Shown: one piece after another, positions 44,680 through 53,197 of the stretch
Position numbering within the stretch: the stretch's first letter is position 1
How the letters are laid out: each line of letters starts with the position of its first letter
Assembly (NCBI GenBank): GCA_041476545.1
Contig: JBGOTP010000002.1
Span: 1-54,599 of the forward strand
DNA: 54,599 nt
Source of the DNA: Vicinamibacteria bacterium
GTDB lineage: Bacteria > Acidobacteriota > Vicinamibacteria > Vicinamibacterales > CAVVIG01
Direction: 5' to 3'
The notes under the pieces: model-generated
Database searches by the model: none
Seen by the model: only the letters and a program-made list of their open reading frames with translations
What the model was told of the DNA's origin: nothing
Translations under genes and position numbers: made by a program

Positions 44680-45516
44680 TCAGGTGTGCAGGGTCAGGCC
44701 CGGTACGTCGAGGCCTTCAATCGCGGCCGTCCATACCTCGCCCGTCGCGATCGGCTGCGATTCGGTCAGTGTTCCCGAACTCACGATCTCTCCCGGCGCG
44801 AGCGGCTCAGCCGTGGCCTGGCGGGCGATTGCCGCCGCCAGCTCTCCCAAACACAAGGCTGGACTGCGCAGCGAATTCTTCCCGGAGCCTTCGTCGACGA
44901 GTTGTCCGTTCCTGAACAACCGCACCGTGAATCGGGGCAACCGGTCGACCCATTCCGAAATGTCGTCGTCGAGGATCAACCGGGGCTCGCCGACGACGAG
45001 CGCCGCGTGCAGTCCGCCTGCGGCCACGAAATCGGCCGGTTGAAATGTCCAGTCCGGGTACGGGCAGGCGATGATCTCGAACCCGATCGCCATCCACTCC
45101 ACAGCCTGCAGCACAGCCACCGGGTCGGGATCGGTGGACGACGGGGCCGTTTTCAGTTTGAAGACGATTTCCGGTTCGATCTTTGGCGCGAGGAGTCGCG
45201 CCACTGGCAGCGACGCGATGGCGCCGGCTGCGTAGTGAACGGTATCGTCGTACATCCGCGCCCACACGAGCGTGTCGAGCTTGAGCACCCGCCACATCGC
45301 CTTATTGGCGTACCCGACTTTGCGCCCGACCGTCGCGTGCCCGTCCGCCCGTCGCAATCGCGTCAGCTCCGCCTCGACGGCGTAAGCGGCGCGCAGGTCG
45401 AATCCCGCGTCGCGGGCGGAAGGCCGCTGAATCGTCCGGCCGGCCGCGTACGCGCCCATCAGCTCCTGTGCGAGCGTTGTTGGATTGATGGCAGACACAC
45501 TACTTCTGCGCGGCAC
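44680..45516 (-). CDS. 2-keto-4-pentenoate hydratase / FAH-fold hydratase-decarboxylase family protein
   Basis: 278 aa. Has GRKVGYANKAMW, PKIEPEIVF and GEIVSSGTLT, typical of the MhpD-like family. GTG start at 45516 (alternative GTG at 45498). Confidence 0.7.
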   Translation of the reverse strand: MPRRSSVSAINPTTLAQELMGAYAAGRTIQRPSARDAGFDLRAAYAVEAELTRLRRADGHATVGRKVGYANKAMWRVLKLDTLVWARMYDDTVHYAAGAIASLPVARLLAPKIEPEIVFKLKTAPSSTDPDPVAVLQAVEWMAIGFEIIACPYPDWTFQPADFVAAGGLHAALVVGEPRLILDDDISEWVDRLPRFTVRLFRNGQLVDEGSGKNSLRSPALCLGELAAAIARQATAEPLAPGEIVSSGTLTESQPIATGEVWTAAIEGLDVPGLTLHT

Positions 45517-46720
45517 TACTTCTGGTCCGCGAGGCGCGAAGTGCGACAGCGAGGCCCGCCGCCACGAGGGCCATCACCGCGCTCCCATACATACCCATCG
45601 CCCAGCTTCCGGACCGTTCGGCCAGCAGTGTGCCGAGCCCCGGGCCGATAATCGCCGCCACGCCCTTCGCGGTGTAGAGGACGCTGTAATTCGACGTGGC
45701 GTGGCGCGAGCCGAAATAGTCGCCGGCCGTCGACGGAAAGAGCGAATAGATTTCTCCCCACGTGAAATACACCAGCACGAGCGTGGCGGTGAACCACGCG
45801 GCGGAGACGTGGCCGACGAGCGTGACCATGAGCAGGCAGAACGCCTGCAACGTAAACGCGATGATCATCGTGGTCTCGCGACCGATTCGGTCGGAGACGG
45901 CGCCCCAGGAGATCCGGCTCGCGCCGTTGGCGATCGGACTGAGGGTCGCGGCCAGGGTGAGGGCCGCTGCCGGCAGCCCCCACGACTTCTGCATGGGGCC
46001 CTGGTTTGCGGTCACGAGGAGTCCACCGGTCGCCATGAACACGAACATCACATACATCACGTAGAACTGCGGCGTGCGCAGCATCTCAAGGGTGGTGAAC
46101 TGACGCCGCCCGACTTGCGAGACGCCGGTCGCCGCCACTGTCGCCCGGCTCGCAGGCTCGGCTGGCGGGTGCCTCAGAAACTGCGCGACCACGATGATGA
46201 CGAGGCCCTGAAAGAGCCCCGTGGCGATGAACGCCGACTGATACCCGCGCGACTTGATCATCGACTGGATGAACGGGATGAAGAGCGCCGTGCCGCCGCC
46301 GAATCCCGCCGCCATGATGCCGGACGCCAGTCCTCGGCGATCCTTGAACCATTTCAGCGCGGACCCGATCGATCCGCTGTACACGAAGGCGGCGCCGATG
46401 CCCGCCAGGCAGTACAGCGTGTACAGCATGGGCAGCGACGTGGCGTATCCCAGTCCCGCCCATCCCAGGCCGCAGAGCAGTCCCGCGGCGCTGATGAACC
46501 CGCGCGGACCCAGGCGGTCGATGAGCCATCCATCGAGCGGCTGCACCCAGGTCTGGAACAGGATGAAGAGCGTGAACGCGTACTGAATGTCCGACAGCTT
46601 CCAGCCCGTGCTGGCCTGCAGTGGATTCACGAAGAGCGTCCAGGAGTACTGCAGATTGGCGATCATGATCATCGCGATGAGCGATGCCACGAGCTGGAAC
46701 CACCTGTTGTTCAGATTCAC
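45500..46720 (-). CDS. OFA (oxalate/formate antiporter) family MFS transporter
   Basis: The GTG start at 46720 overlaps the upstream stop (GTGA). Has NRWFQLVASLIAMIMIANLQYSWTLF and KWFKDRRGLASGIMAAGFGGG, typical of the OFA family. Confidence 0.8.
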   Translation of the reverse strand: MNLNNRWFQLVASLIAMIMIANLQYSWTLFVNPLQASTGWKLSDIQYAFTLFILFQTWVQPLDGWLIDRLGPRGFISAAGLLCGLGWAGLGYATSLPMLYTLYCLAGIGAAFVYSGSIGSALKWFKDRRGLASGIMAAGFGGGTALFIPFIQSMIKSRGYQSAFIATGLFQGLVIIVVAQFLRHPPAEPASRATVAATGVSQVGRRQFTTLEMLRTPQFYVMYVMFVFMATGGLLVTANQGPMQKSWGLPAAALTLAATLSPIANGASRISWGAVSDRIGRETTMIIAFTLQAFCLLMVTLVGHVSAAWFTATLVLVYFTWGEIYSLFPSTAGDYFGSRHATSNYSVLYTAKGVAAIIGPGLGTLLAERSGSWAMGMYGSAVMALVAAGLAVALRASRTRSSAAQK

Positions 46721-47721
46721 CGCACGGCCTCCTCGGATCTCCTCACGACGCGCTCGCCCCGATGCACATCGAGCAGCTTGGCGCACGCATACACCGCCCG
46801 CGTCGCTGGCGTCGACACGCCCAGGCGCTCTCCCAGTTCGAGGACCGCGCCGACGATGGCTTCGATTTCCATCGGCCGGCCGGCTTCGTAGTCCTGCAGC
46901 ATCGACGTTTTGTGGGCGCCGACTTTCTCGGCGCCGGCCAGACGCTGATCGATTGAGACGGACAGCTCGATGCCGAGCTTGCCGGCGACCGCCTCGGCTT
47001 CCGCCATCATCTCGCGAATCAGGCGCGACGCGTCGGGGTGGCGCGCCATCTCTTCGAGCGTGCCGCCGGTCAGCGCGCTGATCGGATTGAATGCGACGTT
47101 CCCGAGCAGCTTCACCCAGATGTCGTGGCGGATGCGCGTCGTGATCGGACACCTGAAACCGGCGGCGATGAGCGCTTCAGCGATCGCTCGCGTCCTGTCC
47201 GATCGAGTGCCGTCAGGCTCGCCCAAGGTGATGCGATTCCCGTCTGTATGGTGAATGACGCCTGGCTCGGTGATATCGGTCGAGAAGTATGCCAGCGAAC
47301 CGACGATGCGCCGCGGCTCTATGGCCGACGCGATGATCCCACCCGGATCGACACGCTCGAGGCGCAGTCCGTCGAGCTCGCCGCCATGACCCTGGAAGTA
47401 CCACCACGGGATGCCGTTCTGCGTGCTCACGGCCACGGTGTCAGGTCCGAACAGAGGCCGAAGGGTCGGCGCCACCGTCGTCAGGCTGTGCGCCTTCACG
47501 CCGAGGAAGACAACGTCGGCCGTGCCCACGTCCGCGAGGTCGCCGGTCACGTCGGGCTTCACGTCGAAGTTGCCGTCTGGACTCTGGACACGCAAGCCGC
47601 GCTCCTGCATCGCGCGCAGGTGGGGTCCGCGGGCAAAGAGGACAACGTCAGCGCCGGCGCGCGCGAGCCGGGCACCGAGGTAGCCGCCGATGGCGCCAGC
47701 GCCTGCGATAACGATCTTCAC
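46717..47721 (-). CDS. ketopantoate reductase (ApbA/PanE) family oxidoreductase
   Basis: MKIVIAGAGAIGGYLGARLARAG is a Rossmann motif. Has KTSMLQD in the C-terminal domain. ATGA overlap with the upstream ligase gene (47718-47721). Confidence 0.8.
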   Translation of the reverse strand: MKIVIAGAGAIGGYLGARLARAGADVVLFARGPHLRAMQERGLRVQSPDGNFDVKPDVTGDLADVGTADVVFLGVKAHSLTTVAPTLRPLFGPDTVAVSTQNGIPWWYFQGHGGELDGLRLERVDPGGIIASAIEPRRIVGSLAYFSTDITEPGVIHHTDGNRITLGEPDGTRSDRTRAIAEALIAAGFRCPITTRIRHDIWVKLLGNVAFNPISALTGGTLEEMARHPDASRLIREMMAEAEAVAGKLGIELSVSIDQRLAGAEKVGAHKTSMLQDYEAGRPMEIEAIVGAVLELGERLGVSTPATRAVYACAKLLDVHRGERVVRRSEEAVR

Positions 47722-49229
47722 GACGTCTTCGGCGAATAGGCCTGCGCCACGATTCGCCGCTGAATCTTCCCGGTGGCGGTGCGAGGGATGGCGTCCGTGA
47801 TGTGAATCTGCTTCGGACGCTTGTAGTCGGCCAGCCGATCGCGGCAGTAGGCGAGGATCTCCGATTCGGTCGCCGCTTCACGCAGGACGACCGCTGCGGC
47901 TACTTCTTCGCCCCATGTCTGGTGGGGCACGCCGAAACAGACCGCTTCGGCGATCGCCGGATGCGTCAACAGCACCTCGTCGATTTCCCGCGGCGAGATT
48001 TTCTCGCCGCCGCGATTGATCAGCTCCTTCAGCCGGCCGACGAGGGTCAGATAGCCGGCCGCGTCGAGAATGCCCTGGTCACCCGTGCGGAACCATCCGT
48101 CGGTGAATGACGACGCGTTCGCCTCGGGATTATTCTCGTACCCCTTCGTGACATTCGGACCCTGAATGACGACCTCGCCGCGCTCGCCGGGCTTCAGGTG
48201 CCGTCCGCTGTCGTCCATGATGCTGATGCGAACGTCGGTGCCACGCCCGACTGATCCAGGCTTCCGTTCGCCGGGTGGCAGCGGATTGGAGCTCATCTGG
48301 TGGGCCGCCTCGGTCATGCCGTACGCCTCCAGCACGGGCGCGCCGAACGCCGCTTCGAGGTCGTGCATCACCTGTGGCGCCAGCGACGCGCTGCAGGATC
48401 GAATAAAACGTAAGTGCTCGGCGCCGGCGGGCTTTGCGGATCCCGGCTTCTCGCGCGCGAGGAGCAGTTGATGCAGGGTCGGCACCGCCGAATACCAGGT
48501 GACGCGATGATCGCGGACGATGCGCCAGAACGACAGCGGGTTGAACTTGCCCGGCACGACCACGGTGCCGCCCGTCGCCAGCGTCGCCAGGGTCGACGCC
48601 ACCAGACCGTGCACGTGGAAGAGCGGCATCACGCAGAGCGAGACATCGTCGGGCGTGAGCGCGTAGCTGCGCGCGACGTTCTGCGCCGAGATCGACAGGT
48701 TGGCGTGCGCGAGCGGCACGCGCTTGGGACGGCCCGTGCTGCCGCTCGTGTGCAGAATCAAGGCGATATCGTCGACCTCCGGGGAGGCGACCGACCGACC
48801 GCGGACCCCTCCTGAGATGGTGACGGTCCCAACGGCGTCCATGCCAACCGTTAGAACGGGCACGCGATCGCCCGCTGCATGCCGCGCGTCGTCGGCGCCG
48901 TCAGGCGGCAGCAGAAGGACCTTCGCTGAGGTGTCTTCGAGATAGAAGCGGAATTCGTCCTCTTTGTATGCCGGGTTCAGCGGGGCTGCCGTGCCGACTT
49001 CGGACGCGGCGAGGAAGCAGACGATGGTCGGAAGACCATTGGGAAGGGCCATGCCGACGCGATCGCCGCGGCCGATCCCGGCGGCAGCCAGGGCTTCCGC
49101 GACGCCGTTCACCTGCGATCGCAATCCTCCGTACGAGATGCGAACACCCTGTTCAGGGAGGATGATGGCCGTCTGGTCCGCTGGAATCGAGCTGAGCAGG
49201 CCGAGGAGTGTCGTGGGCGCCGGTGTCAC
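47718..49229 (-). CDS. AMP-dependent CoA ligase, AAE3/Pcs60-like (candidate oxalate--CoA ligase)
   Basis: 503 aa with a GTG start. Has LHTSGSTGRPKRV, TGDQG, GRLKELINRGGEKISP and IPRTATGKIQR. From memory, the N-terminal block PNGLPTIVCFLAASEVGTAAPLNPAYKEDEFRFYLEDTSAKVLL resembles plant AAE3. Confidence 0.75.
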   Translation of the reverse strand: MTPAPTTLLGLLSSIPADQTAIILPEQGVRISYGGLRSQVNGVAEALAAAGIGRGDRVGMALPNGLPTIVCFLAASEVGTAAPLNPAYKEDEFRFYLEDTSAKVLLLPPDGADDARHAAGDRVPVLTVGMDAVGTVTISGGVRGRSVASPEVDDIALILHTSGSTGRPKRVPLAHANLSISAQNVARSYALTPDDVSLCVMPLFHVHGLVASTLATLATGGTVVVPGKFNPLSFWRIVRDHRVTWYSAVPTLHQLLLAREKPGSAKPAGAEHLRFIRSCSASLAPQVMHDLEAAFGAPVLEAYGMTEAAHQMSSNPLPPGERKPGSVGRGTDVRISIMDDSGRHLKPGERGEVVIQGPNVTKGYENNPEANASSFTDGWFRTGDQGILDAAGYLTLVGRLKELINRGGEKISPREIDEVLLTHPAIAEAVCFGVPHQTWGEEVAAAVVLREAATESEILAYCRDRLADYKRPKQIHITDAIPRTATGKIQRRIVAQAYSPKTS

Positions 49230-49283
49230 GCGACTAAATCTCTCCTACTCGGTCCGGCACGTCAACCAGATTCGCCTTCCTCC

Positions 49284-49347
49284 GGCTCCGGCTGAAGCCG
49301 GAGCCCACGAGAATTGTGGCCCACGTAGCTCCGGCTGAGGCTGGAGC
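49284..49347. repeat. two REP-like hairpins of the GGC-TGA(A/G)-GCC family
   Basis: GGCTCCGGC-TGAA-GCCGGAGCC at 49284-49305 (perfect 9-bp stem). An imperfect second hairpin, AGCTCCGGCTGAGGCTGGAGC, lies at 49327-49347. Confidence 0.7.
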
Positions 49348-49349
49348 AG

Positions 49350-49374
49350 TTAGTCTATAGATGTGATAGTCTAA
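49350..49374. promoter_or_regulatory. AT-rich inverted repeat TTAGTCTAT-N7-ATAGTCTAA; candidate Rrf2 operator / divergent promoter
   Basis: 9-nt arms with one central mismatch. It ends 7 nt before the rrf2 start and is the only AT-rich patch in the 151-nt divergent intergenic region. Confidence 0.35.
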
Positions 49375-49380
49375 TCGCCG

Positions 49381-49833
49381 GTGTTGTCGAACAAATCGAA
49401 ATATGCGTTGAAGGCGCTCCTCGTGCTCGCGCGGGAGGCGGGGCGCGGCCCGGTCCTCGTCGCCGAACTCGCACGGCGCGAAGCGCTGCCCAAAAAGTTC
49501 CTGGAGACGATTCTCCTCCAGTTGAAACATCACCGGCTGGTCGACAGCCGGAAAGGCCGCGGCGGCGGCTACGTCCTGCGCAGGAAACCCTCCGAGATCA
49601 CGTTCGGCGAAGTGATTCGCGCGCTGGACGGCCCGCTCGCGGCCGTGTCCTGCGTGAGCGAGACCGCATACATGCCCTGCGCCGAGTGCCTCGACGAGGA
49701 CACGTGCGGCGTCCGGCTCGCGATGAAGAAGGTTCGCGACGCGACCGCGCGGATTCTCGACGGTACAACCCTGGCCCAGGTGAATACGCAGGTCGCGCGG
49801 CGGCGCAACAGGGCCGCGGGTGTTCACGCATGA
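49381..49833 (+). CDS. Rrf2 family transcriptional regulator (three Cys, possible Fe-S sensor)
   Basis: LSNKSKYALKALLVLA with a winged-helix region, and cysteines in AAVSCVSETAYMPCAECLDEDTC. GTG start. Confidence 0.85.
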   Translation: MLSNKSKYALKALLVLAREAGRGPVLVAELARREALPKKFLETILLQLKHHRLVDSRKGRGGGYVLRRKPSEITFGEVIRALDGPLAAVSCVSETAYMPCAECLDEDTCGVRLAMKKVRDATARILDGTTLAQVNTQVARRRNRAAGVHA

Positions 49834-50046
49834 CGACGATGCGCCAGGCGTGTTGCTGTTGTTGTCGGGGCATCCTCTGCCTCCGGCTGCGCTGTTGTCC
49901 TCCGGGTGATCACGCGACGATCTAGTTCACGTCCACGCTGGAGACATCAGCCCGGAGGCAGTCGCTTTCGGGCTTTTGCTTTGTACGCCGTTCCCGTGAC
50001 TTTCAACCGACTCGCGCTCCAGCTCCACCGGAGCGCCTTGGACAAG

Positions 50047-51288
50047 ATGTGGAGACGCTCAATGACTTCGTTTCGATTCGCCGTACGCGCGACAGTGTTG
50101 ACAGTCGTCGCCGCGGTGTCCGTGCCTGACGTCGCTCAATCACAGACGACGGCGGGCGTTGAGGATGGCTTTTTCATTCAGTCCGCAAACGGGGACAACC
50201 GCCTGGTACTCGGCATGGTCGCGCAGACCGATGGCCGGTTCTCGCTGGATGATCCCAAGCCGATCATCGACACGTTCACCATCCGCAAGATTCGTCCGAC
50301 ATTCAGCGGCCAGGTGGCGAAGTACTTCACCTTCAAAGTGATGCCCGATTTCGGGAATGGCACCACGATTGTGCAGGACGCGTACTTCGACATCCGCTTC
50401 TCGCCGAAGTTCCGCGTGCGGACGGGCAAGGACAAGACCCCGATCGGTTACGAGTTGTTGGAGAGCGACGGGTATCTGCTGTTTCCGGAACGCGCGCTTG
50501 CCTCGAGCCTCGTGCCGAATCGTGACGTGGGCATCCAGGTGCAGGGAGATCTGTCGCCGAAGGTCTTCTATGCCGCGGGCGCCTTCAATGGGATTCCCGA
50601 TGGCACCAGCTCATCGACCGAACTCGATACCAACAACACCAAGGATCTTGCCGCACGCGTCGTCGTGCAGCCTTTCAGATCGATGAGGGCGTCCACCGGG
50701 GCGCTGAGCGGTGTTGGCTTCCAGGTGGGCGCGTCGAACGGCACGCAGATCGGATCGCTGCCGTCGTTCAAGACGTCCGTCCAGCAGACGTACTTCTCGT
50801 ACGGCACGGGTGTGACCGCCAACGGTGTGCGCCATCGCGTGTCGCCGGCGGTCTTCTACTACTACAAGGGCCTGGGCACGTTCGCCGAATACATGCGTTC
50901 CAAGCAGGCGGTGGCGAAAGGCGGCGTCACGACGGATGTCGACAACCGCGCCTGGGAAGTCACCGCGTCGTATGTGGTGACGGGCGAGGCGGCGTCGTAC
51001 AGCGGTGTGAAGCCGAAGAACAGCTTCGATCCGGCCACCGGGCACTGGGGTGCGGTGCAACTCCTCGGCCGCTACACGCGGCTGACCGCGGATCAGTCCG
51101 CGTTCGACGCTGGCCTGGCGGCAGTTGCCTCGAGCCGTGACGCGAAGTCCTTCACCATCGCGGCCAACTGGTATCCGGCCGCGTCGATCAAGATCTACGC
51201 GACGTTCGAGCGGACAACATTTTCTGGCGGCGGCTCCGCGCGTCCAACCGAAAACGTCATCCTCTACAGGACCCAGTTGGGATTTTGA
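50047..51288 (+). CDS. phosphate-selective porin O/P family outer-membrane protein
   Basis: Start at ATG 50047 (alternative 50062) with a signal peptide. Has FTIRKIRPTFSGQVAKYFTFKVMPDFGNG. The C-terminus ends in LGF. Confidence 0.75.
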   Translation: MWRRSMTSFRFAVRATVLTVVAAVSVPDVAQSQTTAGVEDGFFIQSANGDNRLVLGMVAQTDGRFSLDDPKPIIDTFTIRKIRPTFSGQVAKYFTFKVMPDFGNGTTIVQDAYFDIRFSPKFRVRTGKDKTPIGYELLESDGYLLFPERALASSLVPNRDVGIQVQGDLSPKVFYAAGAFNGIPDGTSSSTELDTNNTKDLAARVVVQPFRSMRASTGALSGVGFQVGASNGTQIGSLPSFKTSVQQTYFSYGTGVTANGVRHRVSPAVFYYYKGLGTFAEYMRSKQAVAKGGVTTDVDNRAWEVTASYVVTGEAASYSGVKPKNSFDPATGHWGAVQLLGRYTRLTADQSAFDAGLAAVASSRDAKSFTIAANWYPAASIKIYATFERTTFSGGGSARPTENVILYRTQLGF

Positions 51289-51310
51289 GTAAGATGATCG
51301 GTTGAAACAC

Positions 51311-52165
51311 ATGATGCCTCCGCATGCGCTTGCTCTGGGCCTCATCACGCTCGTCGCCGCCGCCGTCAACGGCGCGCTCGGGTACGGGTTCTCGTCCATC
51401 ACGGTCCCGCTCGCGCTGCTCTTTCTCTCGAATCGCGTGCTCAACCCGGCGCTGATCATCATCGAAGTGCCGCTGAACGCCTATGTGTTGTGGGTGAATC
51501 GCGAGGCGCTCCCAACGGTCTGGCGGCGTGTGTTTCCCATCATCATCGGTCTCGTGCCGGGTGTGATGATCGGGACGACGTTGATCTCGACGGTCAGTCC
51601 GGACTGGCTGAAGCTGTACACCTTCATCACGCTGCTGCCGCTGATTCTGTTTCAGGCCGCGGGATTCCGGCGACCGATTGCAGCGGAACGATCGGCGGGG
51701 CTGGTGTTCGGCGGGGCCGTCGGTCTCTTGTATTCGGTCACGACTATTTCGGGTCCGCCGCTGGCCATCGCGTTGAACAATCAGGGGCTGGCGAAGCGCG
51801 AGTTCCGCGCGGCGCTCGGTCTTGTGCGGCTGGCCGAATCATCCATGACCGCGCTCAGCTACATCTACGTCGGCCTCTTCACGCGCGAGAGCCTCGGGCT
51901 GGTCCCGTGGATTGTGCCGAGCGTCGCCATCGGCGTTCCGATTGGAGCGCAGATCATTCGCCGCATGCGGCCGGAAACGTTTCGCCGCATCTGCATGAGT
52001 TTCGACGCGTGGATCGTGGGGTTCGGACTCTCGAAGTTGACGCAGGCGCTCGGTCTCGTTCCCGGCAGCTCCGCCTACTTCATTCTGGCGGGCGCGATTG
52101 CCCTGGACGCGTGCCTGCTGTACCGGTTCTTCTCGGTGCGCGCGGCCGAAGTGACGAACGCTTGA
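51311..52165 (+). CDS. TauE/SafE family sulfite/anion exporter
   Basis: Polytopic membrane protein. Has VNGALGYGFSSITVPLAL and SGPPLAIAL, typical of TauE. Confidence 0.75.
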   Translation: MMPPHALALGLITLVAAAVNGALGYGFSSITVPLALLFLSNRVLNPALIIIEVPLNAYVLWVNREALPTVWRRVFPIIIGLVPGVMIGTTLISTVSPDWLKLYTFITLLPLILFQAAGFRRPIAAERSAGLVFGGAVGLLYSVTTISGPPLAIALNNQGLAKREFRAALGLVRLAESSMTALSYIYVGLFTRESLGLVPWIVPSVAIGVPIGAQIIRRMRPETFRRICMSFDAWIVGFGLSKLTQALGLVPGSSAYFILAGAIALDACLLYRFFSVRAAEVTNA

Positions 52166-52184
52166 TGCTGATGCGCCAGAAACC

Positions 52185-53192
52185 TTACCGGCTCGCGACG
52201 CGCGCTGGTTCAACGGCCGCCGCGATGGCCATCGTCGCGTAGGCCGCGCCAGCGGACGAGATCCATTGGTCGTGCGCGTATGGATAGCCGCTCTCGAAGT
52301 ACGGCTGGACCGGGAGCGCGCGGCTCTTCACGTGCCAGGTGCCGTCGGATGCCTGTGTATCGAGGAGGTAGTGCAGGCCCGCCTGATACGCCGGCTGATG
52401 CGGCTGGACCTTCCCTTCAGACATGGCCCACAACGCGAGGCCCGTGGCGTACGCGTCGCTCGGCATGGCCGGGAGCTGCGACCAGCCGCCGTCCTTGCGC
52501 TGCGTCGCTTGCAGCCCTCGAGCCGCGCCATCAATCGCGCCGCGATCCGCCTTCGACCACACCAGTCCGAGCAGATGGAACGCCCGCTCCTGCGTGGTCT
52601 GCGGCGTCGCCTTGAGCAGCCAGGCGCGGGCGCGCGCGATGCGCGCGTCGGTATCGGCACGCTGCGGCGCCGGTGCGTAGGCGTTCAGCGCGTAGATCAC
52701 GTACGCCGTCGTGTTGAAGTCGTCGAACGTAAGCGGCGGCCGGTTTCCGCCAGTCCGCCAATAGCCTTCCGGTTGCTGCATCGATTTCAGCGAGTAGACC
52801 TGAGCTTCGATACGCGGCGTGGCCTTTTGGTGCGCTGCAGCGGACGCAAAGAGCTCATACCCGACCGAATTGGGGTTTCCGCCCGCCGCAGCCGAGTACT
52901 CGATGATGCGTTCCGTCGTCGTTTCTGAGACCTCAGGCGGCAACTGAACGATCGTGCCGCCGGTCGGAATGCCGCGATCGCGCGCGAACGCCTGCGCCGC
53001 CGCTGGAAGCATCTGGTTGTGGCAGGAGTTGCAGCCGCCCTGCTTGATGAAGCTCGGACTGGTCTGCTCGAGCAGCACGAGTGCTTTCTGTGCGGCCGTC
53101 CGAAGCGTGGCCGACGGAATATCCTGGGCCGCCGCAACACCGGGAGCGAGCAGCAGCGATGCGATGACGGCGTAAGTGATGCGCATGAACAA
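52185..53192 (-). CDS. exported prenyltransferase/squalene-oxidase-repeat (alpha-alpha toroid) protein with N-terminal CxxCH motif
   Basis: Signal peptide and GGCNSCHNQ. Repeated toroid motifs are present (QQPEGYWRTGG, QRKDGGWSQ, QASDGTWH). Confidence 0.65.
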   Translation of the reverse strand: MFMRITYAVIASLLLAPGVAAAQDIPSATLRTAAQKALVLLEQTSPSFIKQGGCNSCHNQMLPAAAQAFARDRGIPTGGTIVQLPPEVSETTTERIIEYSAAAGGNPNSVGYELFASAAAHQKATPRIEAQVYSLKSMQQPEGYWRTGGNRPPLTFDDFNTTAYVIYALNAYAPAPQRADTDARIARARAWLLKATPQTTQERAFHLLGLVWSKADRGAIDGAARGLQATQRKDGGWSQLPAMPSDAYATGLALWAMSEGKVQPHQPAYQAGLHYLLDTQASDGTWHVKSRALPVQPYFESGYPYAHDQWISSAGAAYATMAIAAAVEPARVASR

Positions 53193-53197
53193 CTCCT

